A stretch of 64,000 bases of DNA from Candidatus Poribacteria bacterium (GTDB lineage Bacteria; Poribacteria; WGA-4E; WGA-3G). Positions 21,886 through 33,200 of the stretch are shown piece after piece. The DNA lies in assembly GCA_965197475.1 (NCBI GenBank), contig CBDANF010000003.1, forward strand, positions 800,001 to 864,000, read 5' to 3'. The stretch's first letter is position 1; each line of letters opens with the position of its first letter. The notes under the pieces were generated by a model. That model saw only the letters and a list, made by a program, of their open reading frames with translations, ran no database searches and was not told where the DNA came from. The position numbers were made by a program, and so were the translations under genes.

Positions 21886-22743
21886 TTAAGCGTTTGGTCG
21901 GCTGCGCCCTAAGAGACTCAACAACCGATCACTTGAATCTTGGAGCGCATCTTCTGGTACAGGCACTCCATTACACAAACTAAACCGCCAGTATGCCCAA
22001 TATGCCGCATACTGAGATTGTAAAATATAACGTGTTTTGTCCGACCAGTTCGGTGCACCGCGATGCCAACACTGTGGATCTTGTAAGTAAATATCACCCG
22101 CTTTGCAAAAAATAGAGACCGGTTTATTACCTTCAAATTCGGGATTTTCCTGATCATTCGGATGTCTACCAGAATAGTGGCTGCCGGGGACATATTGTGT
22201 TGGTCCTTCCTCAATTGTATCAATATCGTTCAGTGCCATCTGAACAGTAAACCACATTACAGGCATCCGCAAGCGGGGATCGTGGCGCGGCATCTCATCG
22301 GTAACCGGGAAGTGCACCGAACCGTCTACATGCCAACTGCTAATAGAAAGTCCAGGTAGATTTCGGAGTGCATTCTGACCACAAAACTTGCAATCCTTAC
22401 CGACTATTGCCTCAGCCAAACTCAGAATAGGTTCGCGAAGCAGCATATCCCGAAAGATGGAATCCAATTCAATTGTGTTTCGTAAAATGAAAGGTAACGT
22501 CACCCCGGATTCTGCGTGTGCACCCATCTGGATATATCGGACATCTGCAAGATTCGGATTTGTTTTCTCAGCAAGTTCTGAGTCCGCGAAAAGCGCATCC
22601 GTTTTGTCTCGTAGCGCAGTAACCTCCTCTTCAGTCAGCACACCCGGAATATGAACGAACCCATCTCTGAAAAACTGTTGGACAATCTGCGTTGTTTTCT
22701 CTTCACTAAAAGGTTCACCACCAAGGATTGGACTGTTTGTCAT
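21886..22743 (-). CDS. PhyH-family dioxygenase
   Basis: FFRDGFV, WHVD, YVPGSH, WHRGAPN. Confidence 0.85.
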   Translation of the reverse strand: MTNSPILGGEPFSEEKTTQIVQQFFRDGFVHIPGVLTEEEVTALRDKTDALFADSELAEKTNPNLADVRYIQMGAHAESGVTLPFILRNTIELDSIFRDMLLREPILSLAEAIVGKDCKFCGQNALRNLPGLSISSWHVDGSVHFPVTDEMPRHDPRLRMPVMWFTVQMALNDIDTIEEGPTQYVPGSHYSGRHPNDQENPEFEGNKPVSIFCKAGDIYLQDPQCWHRGAPNWSDKTRYILQSQYAAYWAYWRFSLCNGVPVPEDALQDSSDRLLSLLGRSRPNA

Positions 22744-22806
22744 TTCTTATCTCCTACTAAATTGAATGAAGTTTGTCATTTAAGTTTCGTTACGCCAAAC
22801 AAGACT

Positions 22807-24264
22807 TCAATCCAAATAATCCATTTCTGGTAACAGATTCCATCGGTATTGGTCATCAGGTTGCGTGCTGCGTGCCCACCTACCGAGAACTTGAGTATCG
22901 GCACGTTTAGCTTTCATCTGGGCAGCAATCTGATCAGGGTCCCATCTGTCCAAAACCTTTTCGGTTAACTCCATCAAGATGTCCTTGCATACCGGGTCAT
23001 TTGATCGGTCATATAATTCATTTGGGTCTTCCTTCAAGTTAAACAGCTGGGTCGGCTGCCCGTGATAATAATTCAACTTCCAATCTCCATAACGAATCAT
23101 CCGATGATAACAGCCCTCGTCGGTACAATATTCAGAGAATGCTATTTCTTCCCACTCTACATCTTCGTCGTGGAAAAGCGGCAGGACATTTCTCCCGCGA
23201 GAATTCGGTAAAGGCGGAGCACCAAGGGCATCAAGCATAGTCGCATTCAAATCAAGTGAACTGATAACACGATCACATCGGACACCTGCGGGCAAACTGT
23301 CACCCCAAGATAAAATCGCCGGAACTTTCACAGAGTGTTCATAAAATGTCTGTTTCCACCAAAGCCCATGCTCACCAACCTGTTCGCCGTGATCAGAACT
23401 ATAAAGTATAATCGTGTTCTGATCCAATTCGTTTTCTCTGAGTGCTGTCAGGATTTGTCCTATCATTATATCCATGCGTGTAACCAACGCCCAATATGCC
23501 GTCCGTGCGCGAAGAATCTCATCGTCCGACACCTCAATTATGCCGCACTTTTCGCGCCACCAGCGAAAGTAGGGATGCAATTTCTCTGAAAAGGGTTCGG
23601 GGTTTTGAGGCATCGTCATCCGTCCTTCATAAAGTTGATAATCCTCCTGACGAGCGACAAAAGGCTGGTGCGGCAACATAAACCCAACCGAAATTGAAAA
23701 TGGTGCATCAAGCAGCCCTGCTCTCTTCTGAACACCAAGCCGATTGAGGTAATCAACGGTTGCAGCTGTTACATCTTCGTCGTGAACCTGATACGCACTC
23801 TGTCCTGCTCCTGATTTTTGTAGACTTACACGTGCCGGTCCCGCTGTCCCAGATAGTTCACCGTGGTTGACACCGCGTCCACCTGGATGGTTCGGTCCGT
23901 GGTCACCAACGAGACGTTCGGTATACCCGTGCATCTGATCCGGTCCCAAAGCATGCATTCGTCCGATGAGAACAGGTTCATACCCAGCAGCACCCATCGC
24001 ATGCGCAAAAGTCGGAATCCCAGAATCAAGAATATGACTGTTTGTCCACACTTTATTTTCGTATGGAAATCGTCCGCTCAACATTGGCATACGGGAAGGA
24101 ACACAGATCGGTGACGGACAGTAGGTATTTTCAAATACAATCCCTTCTGCAGCGAGTTTGTCAAGGTTAGGGGTTTGCACCAATTCGTCGCCATAACACC
24201 CAGTAACATAAGGATTATGTTGATCAGAGTGTATATATAGCAAATTGGGACGCTGAGTGTGCAT
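22807..24264 (-). CDS. Sulfatase (choline-sulfatase-like)
   Basis: SDQH, CVPSR formylglycine motif, GRMH, SDHGE. Confidence 0.92.
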   Translation of the reverse strand: MHTQRPNLLYIHSDQHNPYVTGCYGDELVQTPNLDKLAAEGIVFENTYCPSPICVPSRMPMLSGRFPYENKVWTNSHILDSGIPTFAHAMGAAGYEPVLIGRMHALGPDQMHGYTERLVGDHGPNHPGGRGVNHGELSGTAGPARVSLQKSGAGQSAYQVHDEDVTAATVDYLNRLGVQKRAGLLDAPFSISVGFMLPHQPFVARQEDYQLYEGRMTMPQNPEPFSEKLHPYFRWWREKCGIIEVSDDEILRARTAYWALVTRMDIMIGQILTALRENELDQNTIILYSSDHGEQVGEHGLWWKQTFYEHSVKVPAILSWGDSLPAGVRCDRVISSLDLNATMLDALGAPPLPNSRGRNVLPLFHDEDVEWEEIAFSEYCTDEGCYHRMIRYGDWKLNYYHGQPTQLFNLKEDPNELYDRSNDPVCKDILMELTEKVLDRWDPDQIAAQMKAKRADTQVLGRWARSTQPDDQYRWNLLPEMDYLD

Positions 24265-24292
24265 TCTTTCTCCTCGTAAACGATGTTGGTTT

Positions 24293-24380
24293 CATTATAC
24301 ATAGCATTAGATTATCGTCAAGGAAAATCTATCGTTTATACCTTTTCTGTTTGACACGGTAATGCTGGGTGTAGTACAAT
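24293..24380. promoter_or_regulatory. Divergent sigma70-type promoters
   Basis: Minus strand TTGACG-N16-TATAAT for the sulfatase operon; plus strand TTGACA-N18-TACAAT (24351-24380). Confidence 0.45.
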
Positions 24381-24485
24381 AATGAAAAATCCTACAATTT
24401 CTCCTTAGCTTACGGATATCACGATTTAGGTCTCTGACTGCATGCCGTACCTGATAAATTTCTTATGAACTTTAGGTGAAAAAAA

Positions 24486-24952
24486 ATGGTCCAAAAGATT
24501 GAGGAACGGGATGGGTATATGTTGCTCTACTTTGATGATCCGCCCAAAAATGTAGGTCAATTCAAGTTCGTCAATTGTCTTGCCTATCAACAAAATCAGA
24601 TCCTCTTTTGCAAATGGCGTGATGAGGACATTTGGGTCTTACCCGGTGGACGCATTGAATCCGAAGAAACGACTGAAGAAGCGTTACACCGTGAACTCAT
24701 GGAAGAGACAGGTGCAACGTTGAAAAATTTCGAAGTATTGTCCATCTACACTGCTTTATGTTCAATCTCGAATATTGGGGAATTGCTTTTTTAGGAGAGA
24801 TCGAAAAGTTAGGTAGTCCTTTGGATCTTAACGAAGTCAGCGATGCAAAACTGTTCTCACACTTCCCAGAAAACCGATCCAAACCTGGACCTTTTGAGAA
24901 TCAAAGCAAAGCATTATACCTTGTTGCAATGCGTAAGTTATCAATCAATTGA
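24486..24952 (+). pseudogene. NUDIX hydrolase, frameshifted near 24740
   Basis: Nudix box GGRIESEETTEEALHRELMEETG; C-terminus continues in another frame (MFNLEYWG...). Confidence 0.75.
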
Positions 24953-25012
24953 CGATAACAAAGTGTGAAGAATGACTCGAAAACTTACGACTAACACATA
25001 TTTGGAAATAAA

Positions 25013-25840
25013 ATGGCATTTCAATTTCAAGACTATATGGTCAACGAATATCTCTCGCAAGGTTACCTGATTTTTCGAGAGATTGTGCCTGCATCGCTAC
25101 TTACCGATTTACGCCGGGAAGCAGAAAAAGCACGTCTCTTGGCACACAAGCTCAATGGTCCGCAGACACAGCGGATTCAGCCATTGTCTAACTATGGCGA
25201 TGATTTAGATTTGAAACCGTTTTATGAATACACAGAGCTACCAGAACTTCAAGATGCTATTCAGAAATTGCTTGGCGATGACTACACGCATGGACATGTT
25301 GACATTATGGGATTGCTCGTTGAACCGATTGAGCATCCTTGGCATATCGGTTGGCATCGTGATGGTGTAGTTGAAGTACCACCTGAAGCACGTGATGAAA
25401 TTGTCAATGCAAAGTTAGCAGAAGTGTGGCACGATCTTCGCCATTTCAATCAGGTGAACTGTGCGATATATGCAGATTCCCGCACATGGTTTGTTCCCGG
25501 TAGCCATCTTCGGCAGTGGGATATGCCCGGTGAAGAACAGTCAACTGGCAATCCGGCATTGCGCAAACCTTCAGATGGACAATCCAATGTTGAAGCAGAA
25601 CGTTTTAACTTAGAACATTGCCGACAGTTTCCTGGCGCGATTCAAGTGCATTTAGGACCAGGTGATTTTATGATTTATCGAAATCTCGCATGGCACACCG
25701 GCAACTATATTCCCTATCAACCGCGCGCTACAATCCACGACGTTGTTCGGTATGAAGGCAAAAAAGATTGGACGAATTGGCAGCAGACGAAATTAGATGC
25801 TGTTAAACGTTGGAAAGAGGATGAACAGAACCATAATTAA
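25013..25840 (+). CDS. PhyH-family dioxygenase
   Basis: YLSQGYLI, GWHRD, FVPGSH, GDFMIYRNLAWH. Confidence 0.85.
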   Translation: MAFQFQDYMVNEYLSQGYLIFREIVPASLLTDLRREAEKARLLAHKLNGPQTQRIQPLSNYGDDLDLKPFYEYTELPELQDAIQKLLGDDYTHGHVDIMGLLVEPIEHPWHIGWHRDGVVEVPPEARDEIVNAKLAEVWHDLRHFNQVNCAIYADSRTWFVPGSHLRQWDMPGEEQSTGNPALRKPSDGQSNVEAERFNLEHCRQFPGAIQVHLGPGDFMIYRNLAWHTGNYIPYQPRATIHDVVRYEGKKDWTNWQQTKLDAVKRWKEDEQNHN

Positions 25841-26064
25841 GTTTACACAGAAACAATCAACAAAGGAGACTGAATGTAATGGCTATCGGCATTTTGAACT
25901 CGGTATCATATTATTTGTTGGATTATTTTTTGTTGGTGCGATACTTGCAGTAATAGTACTTACCAGATCAAAACAGTAACTGAGGATTTACATAAAATTG
26001 CGTTAGTTTGTTTTGAAATCATTAAAAATATAAATGAGTGATACGTTCTCAGGAGAATAGAAAG

Positions 26065-26898
26065 ATGGAGCAGAAATTTACAATAGAACCACCTGGTGAA
26101 GTAATAGATCACCCTTTTCCACCGACCCGTCCCGATATCAAGATAGTTGAAAGTTCAGAACGCATAACAGAAGTAGATTGTCAAGAACTACAGTGGTGGC
26201 TTGCTATCCCCAAGATGGGTGAACGTTATATGTGGGCAGAATACGATGGCGAAACACAGAAGTTAGATGCTGTAACAGAGATGATTCCCACTGCGCCCGC
26301 TATTATTCGGGACACGGAGTGTGTTGAAATCCAATTCAATGAATGGCTCGCGAACGACTGGCCTGCCTCTCCAAATTTGATGTACGCAACCATTGATGAA
26401 ACACACACAAGGTGGCTATCGGTTGTAATGACCATTGATGGCAAACGGATTTTCAATACTATCGGGGACGAATGGTTTGAAGACCAATGGGGACCAGATG
26501 CCAAACGCCGCATTGTTGATGATGGACGTTACGAACTACAACCCGACGGCTCCTACAAACTTACTGATGGGCAAGGGTTTGGCGCAGGCACGTATGATGT
26601 AACGATAGGCGAAAACACCTTCCACTGTCTCCGTGTTTTAGATGTTGATATTACCAAAGAGCATGGTGGAGAACTTGCTGAGGCTTATATTGAAGAAGGC
26701 GGACGCACAGTCTTCTTTAGGCGTTATGATGGCCGATATCTCCGTGGTGATTTGGTTAAAAAGTTTCCTAACAATCGTCGTATTGTAATAAATGATGTCA
26801 TTTATGTCCATAGCAATTGCACCGGTTGGTTTCACGATACATTTACATTGGCATCTCTTGGTCAAACTGCAAACTCAGCAGATGAAGACATGAAGTGA
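26065..26898 (+). CDS. Conserved hypothetical protein
   Basis: Long ORF with AGGAG RBS; Trp-rich, beta-strand-like composition. Confidence 0.7.
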   Translation: MEQKFTIEPPGEVIDHPFPPTRPDIKIVESSERITEVDCQELQWWLAIPKMGERYMWAEYDGETQKLDAVTEMIPTAPAIIRDTECVEIQFNEWLANDWPASPNLMYATIDETHTRWLSVVMTIDGKRIFNTIGDEWFEDQWGPDAKRRIVDDGRYELQPDGSYKLTDGQGFGAGTYDVTIGENTFHCLRVLDVDITKEHGGELAEAYIEEGGRTVFFRRYDGRYLRGDLVKKFPNNRRIVINDVIYVHSNCTGWFHDTFTLASLGQTANSADEDMK

Positions 26899-27212
26899 CA
26901 ACCAAAAACGCCATTTACTATCTTTTTTCAATGAGATGTCTCTATTCTAAAACGTATAGATAATCTTTGTAGGCAAGAAATGCCATAAACGCATTCTTCA
27001 TTGATTTGCAATTTGTTGGGGTGCTTTGTATGAATGCTTTCAATCGTGTTTAAGAATTACAAGCCTTATACCATTTCTAATAAATTATCTTTCATTAGGG
27101 ATTTGTCCGTGGAAGAAACCCCCTTATCAGGGGGACTTTTAAAGAATAGTCGTTATGTAAGTTTTTCAAATAGAAATGGTATTACTATGCCAATTCTCAA
27201 GGAGGTCTTCCG

Positions 27213-30200
27213 ATGTCTGGACGTAAAAAATACGTAATTGCCTTATGTGTGTTAATTCTTATGATTTCCACTTTATCTCTTTCTACAATTATTTTTGCAC
27301 AAGATGAAACAGATGATGCTAAAATAATTGAACGTTACAAATTGATGCTGAGTCGTAAGCCGAGAGAGGGTAGTACTTTCGATCGACTGTATCAGTTTTA
27401 TCTTGAGGGAAACGGCTTAGAGGCGATGGTTACCGATTATCAGGCGGAAGCACAAGCCAAACCGAATGACCCAAACATTCAACTTATTTTGGGACATATC
27501 TATAAAAGACTTGGGAAGGACAAGGAAGCTCTCACTGCATATCAACGCGCAGTCACACTAACACCAAACGATTACTACGGCTATTTTGCATTGGGGCAGT
27601 TATATGTGACACTCCATCAACATGAAGACGCAATTCGAGAGCTAAGCAAAGCTGCAACCTTATCCGAGCAGGCACAATCAGTGTCTCCTGAGGAGTTGAC
27701 CACGATTTTCAAAACTCTCGGAAATGCTTATTTCAGTCGTGACAAGTTGGATGATGCGATTCAGGCATGGGAAAAAATCTCTGAACTTGATCCACAGAAC
27801 ATATTTGCACGCATTGAACTTGCTGACCTTTTTCGTGAGAAGGAACTCTATTCTCAAGCAATTGCACAACACCAAGCAATCATTGATATTAAAAAAGACG
27901 ACTCGTATCGTATGTGTCTTAGTCTGCGAGAAATTGGTAAAATTCATGAGGATAAAGGTGCGTATCAAGAGGCACGGAAACATTACGACAAGGCGTTAGA
28001 CTTGACTGCCCCCGGCAATTGGCTCAGGAAAGACCTGCAACATCGAATTATTGCGATTTATTCGGCGGATGCAAATTGGAAAGACCTAATTACTTATTAC
28101 CAAGGAAAACTTGAAACGACCCCAAATGACACAGAATTACTCGGTTTACTTGCTGCAGCGTATATTGAAAATCAGCAGCTTGAAGAAGGGATCGACACAT
28201 ATAAGAATGGATTAAAACTTGCCCCAACAGATACCGGTCTTCGTCTGAACCTTATCGCTGCGCTTCGCAATGCTGAAAAGTTTGAGGATGCAGCAACCGA
28301 GTACGAGTCTCTCAGTGAACAACAACCCGACAACTTCGGTATCTATCGTGAACTTGGCAAATTGTATCTGCAGCTTGAAAACGAAGACAAGGCAAGAGCA
28401 GTATATCAACGAATGATTGATCGCGACTCGGAAAATGCTAGCACGTATCTGACGCTTGCTGAGATTTACATTGGACACGAATGGGTAGAAGATGCTGTTG
28501 CTGCATATCAAAAGGCGATCTCGCTTGCTCCTGAAAATCTTGATTACATTGAATATTTCGGTGAGTTCTATTTCCGTCAAGGCAATCGTGACAAGGCAGT
28601 AGAGACATGGAAAAGGATAGTTGCCGATGACAATAGCACTGCTGAGAATTATGACCGTTTGGCGCGGTTGTTGGAAACCAAAAAGTTCCCCGCCGAAGCA
28701 ATTGAAGCGAGTAGAAAAGCAGTAGAATTGATGCCTGACGCGTATCGTTTTCGGGAAGCTTTAGCAAAACGACTTATGAACCATAAGCAGTACGATGATG
28801 CACTGGTAGAATATACTGAAGCATTGAAACTTGCTCCGAATGCGTTTTTTGCGGAACAGATGGATGATCAGCGAATAGAACTTTATCGGCAGCAAGGAAC
28901 ACTTGTTGTGAAAATAGAAGATTTAGAAACCCAACTTGACAAAACAGGGCTGGCTGAAACCGATAGATTTACGCATCTGAAGCGACTCGCCAAAATGTAT
29001 ATCAAGTTGGGAAACGCCACTTATGCACTTGAAATTCTTTTGAAGGCAAAAGAACTTCAACCGAATGATGTGAATGTTAATCGTTGGACAGCAAATGTTT
29101 ATGTCAAGCAAGGCATTCGTGACGAAGCGGTTGCAATTTTCAAGCACTTAACTGAAATTGACAACGCGAATGCGCGTGAATACTATGCGAATATTGCGAA
29201 CGCATATCTGAAAGGTATGGATTTTGAGGCTGCCACAGATGCCGCGAAACAGGTTATTGCACACAGCCCACGTAATCCTGAGGGACATCAGCTACTGGCT
29301 AATATCGCCAAACAGTCAACGAATTACGAAGCTGCAATTGACAGTTATAAGCAGGCAATTCGATTAAGACCTGAAGCAATTGACATTCGGATGGAGCTTG
29401 CTGCCATTTACAATCTTTCAGGTAACTTTCGAGAAGCAATTGCACAGTACTGGAGATGTTGGGAGTTAAGCAATAATGTAAACGACAAGCTCAGTTTCAT
29501 CAAGCCTCTCACGGAAGCATATTACGACTTAGGTAGGCGAACGGAACTTGAAGAAAAACTGAAGCAGATGGCAAAATCCAGTACATCTGGTGTCGGACCG
29601 GTTTTAGCACTTGCACAGGTCTATCGGGCTGAAGGCGATCTTTCAAGTGCACGTTTCCAACTCGCGCGCGTATTAGACCGGCAACGCGAAAATGCAGCAC
29701 TTTTATCCCAACTTGTTGAAATAAGTATGGACCTGGGCGATATGCAGGAAGCACTTACTTACCAAGAGCAGCTTGTCAAGGCAAATCCTGATCCTATACA
29801 TCAGCAAAAACTTGGCGAACTGTTGTTTGATGTCGGGCGTGAGCAGGAAGCTGTCCAGGCATGGTCTAAAGTCCTGCATGCCAAAAATAAGACGTTTGAA
29901 GCTGATGTGAAACTCGCAAAATTGTTGATTCGACAAGGTTTATTAGAAGAAGCACTTTTTGCCTTGGACAGTGCAGCTGAAAAGATTTCCGGCAAAGATG
30001 CACATCTTGCCCTATACCAAATCGGCGTTACATTAATCGAAATGAACGAATCGGATAGCGCAATTCCTCACTTTCAGCGAATTATTGCGATGTCCAAACC
30101 TACTTCTGATTCTACTTCAGTAGCTACGTCCAATCAGACTACAACAAGTGTTTCAACTGCCAACTACGCTCCCCCAGGAATCAGCGGAAATAAACTTAAT

Positions 30201-33200
30201 CTTGCACATAGTCTTCTTAATCGTATCCAAAGGCAACCATACGGATATGCCCGCAGACAACAGTGGAGTCCGAGTAGTTTTGAAGAAGCGCAGGCAGGTG
30301 CGCTTGTGCAGTTGAAAATTATTATGGAAGCAGATGGAAAACTAAATGAACTTGTTGCGCAATTTGAGGAAAATGCAACAGAGAATCCGAAAGATATCCA
30401 GACGCTTGAACTTTTAGCCCAGGTTTACGTCTTGACTGGCAACCGTCAGAAATCTGAACAAATTACTGAAAGGTTGATTGCGGTTTCACCTAATAATCCA
30501 GAATATCAAGGGATGCGGTTAAATCTATTCGAAATGCAGCGAGAACTTAACTATGAAAAGTTAATGAAACTCCTTGAAAAAATGACGTGGCTGACACCAG
30601 AAGCACGGCAATCGTATCTTGTGAATTTCGCCAGAAGGTTTTATTATCAGGGACAGAAAGAAGATACGGGAAAACTATTGGATGACCTTGAAAAAGCAAA
30701 AGTGATATATCCCAATAATCTTCCGATGTTAGCTGAAACTCTTGGACTGATGGAAAGGACTGACGCAGCTGGGAAAGTTCTTGCCCAATTTTTACCTACA
30801 GCAACACCACAATTATCCCAACAATATTCCCGCGTCTTTCGAACACTCGCTGCCAAATATCTCCGTGATGGAAAAACTGACAAAGCGGTTGCACTCTATT
30901 GGCAATATTTTGAGCGTACAAAACCGAAGGTTGTTAATCCGCGCCGGACTATGCCGCTCGGAACAGCCTCTTACTCCTATGCGGGATACTCCCCTATTCA
31001 ATCAAGTTTTCCAGTGCCCACAACCTACTACAGCCAGGATCGGTTGCAATATCTGCAGCAAATTTTCAATCAGTTGTGGATAAATGATCAACAGCAAGCA
31101 CTATATACTGTTTTACAAGCGAAGTTAGATGCTGCTGAAGGTAGAGATCGTATCTATCCAGCGTTAGCGATGTGCTACTGCTATTGGTGGGAAAATAAAC
31201 GCGAAACAGCATTGGAAATACTAACCGGTTTACAGAAGGAATTTTCCGATGATCTTACGCTAAAATTAAATACTGTTTTGGTTTCAATTCAGACAGGTGA
31301 ACATAAGGCAGCGTTAGCACTCCTTGACAATCTTGCTCATGTGGATCCGAGAAACCGTCGTCAATATTACGACCTAACGTTACAGATAGCTGTCCATATA
31401 GGTGATGTTGCCGCAGTACGCGAGTTAATGACAAAGGTTCTGAATTCACCAAGCAGTGTGCGAGAACTATACCAGTTTTCGCAAAAACTTCAACAGACAG
31501 GGCTCACGCAGTATGCTATTGCTGTGGCAAAGAAAACAATGACCTTAGCCATGCGGGAACGTGACCCGAACTTCTTGGCGCAATTAAGCGAACATTTGGA
31601 TCAACTTGGTCGTGGACAAGATGCTGCGCGTATAGCAGCGCGAGCGATTCAATTTGCGAACCAACAAGACCGACACGGACAGATGTTGTACTCAGGGAAT
31701 TTTCAACGGGCAGCCCGTTTAGCCAGTCGTTCACAACCTGCCACAAACCGGGCAGCCAAGTTAATTGAAGCTGCCAAAAAAAATCCAAATTCGTTCCAAT
31801 CTCAACTAAAGTTGGCATCATACTACGAAAGTAGAAATCAGATTAATCAGGCTTCGGATGCGTATGAGGCAGCACTTAAATTGCGACCTAAAGACTATAG
31901 TACTCGGATGCGGTACGTGCAAATGCTTCAGCGGAATAGGCTATCAAAAAAGGCTGTAACCCAATATAGCATTCTACTGAAAGAAAACAATTCTAACGCA
32001 ATGTCCTCGAACTATTGGGAAATAGTACGAACATTTACTGAGGCGGGAGAAATCGATAAATTGGTTTCAGTTGTTAAGGAAATAATAGAACAAGATAAGC
32101 AAACAGGTTTTGGTTACGACTTCGCAAATAGAGCTGCACAGGAATGCATAAGGAACAAAAAACCAAATGCGGCAGTTGAAATCTACGAAAAAATGATGGA
32201 AACGGGTAGGACAAACGTATACCATCAATTAGCTGATGCTTATGTTGCCACGGGGAACCGTGAAAAGGGAATTGAACTCTTACGCGAGAAGCTGCAAACT
32301 GAGCCAACAGAATCAAAGGTCAGTATTATATTAGAACTCTCAGAATTCGATGAAACATTAGATGAACTTAAAGCCTTAGCAGCGAAACATGATGAAGTAA
32401 TCGTTGATGACAAAGTTGACCCATCCTTACTTTATCTCGCGGCTGTGACGAAAATTGTGACGAAAGACATAGAAGGTTCAGACCCAATTGTAAATAAACT
32501 TCTTGAACGCATCTCGCCACAATTTAGACTTCAATGGCTAAATACCTTAGCTGATACATATAGGGATAAAGCAGAGCAGGATCGCGAAATCCGCATGCTT
32601 GAAGCTGCGACTGAGAAAGTTGACCCACAGAATCACTGGCAACTTTCGGATACTTATAGGAAACTTGGAACAGCATACTCACAAAAAGGTGAGAAAGAGA
32701 AGGCACAGTACTTTTTCCGAAAAATGGGGACACTTCAACTCTTGCGGCGTACTGCACCAACATTTTGGGATAAAGAGAACGTTGCGCGAACATATATTCA
32801 ACACGAAATGTGGGACGAAGCAGAACTTTTATTAACTGAAGTAATCAACGATCTATCGGCAGATCAACATTATAGAGAACGTGCTCAAAGACAATTGACG
32901 ACAATCAAAAGGAACCGAGATGGCATTTCAGATACTGAACAGTCAACCCCTGAAACAGAGGGAATTAACATCGTGTTGCAGCGATCAATGGCACAACAAC
33001 ACATGCGCCGCAATCAAATCTCTGAAGCCATAGAAATCTACGAGCAGATTGCGAAAGTGATGCCAGAAGACCTTGAATCCCGATCACAACTTGCCGCACT
33101 TTATTCACGCCAAAAACAGCACAAAAAGGCTCTGGAAACTTGGGAAGCGTTACTTGAAGTTGATCCAGAAAACACAAAATACCAAGATGGGATTATAAAT

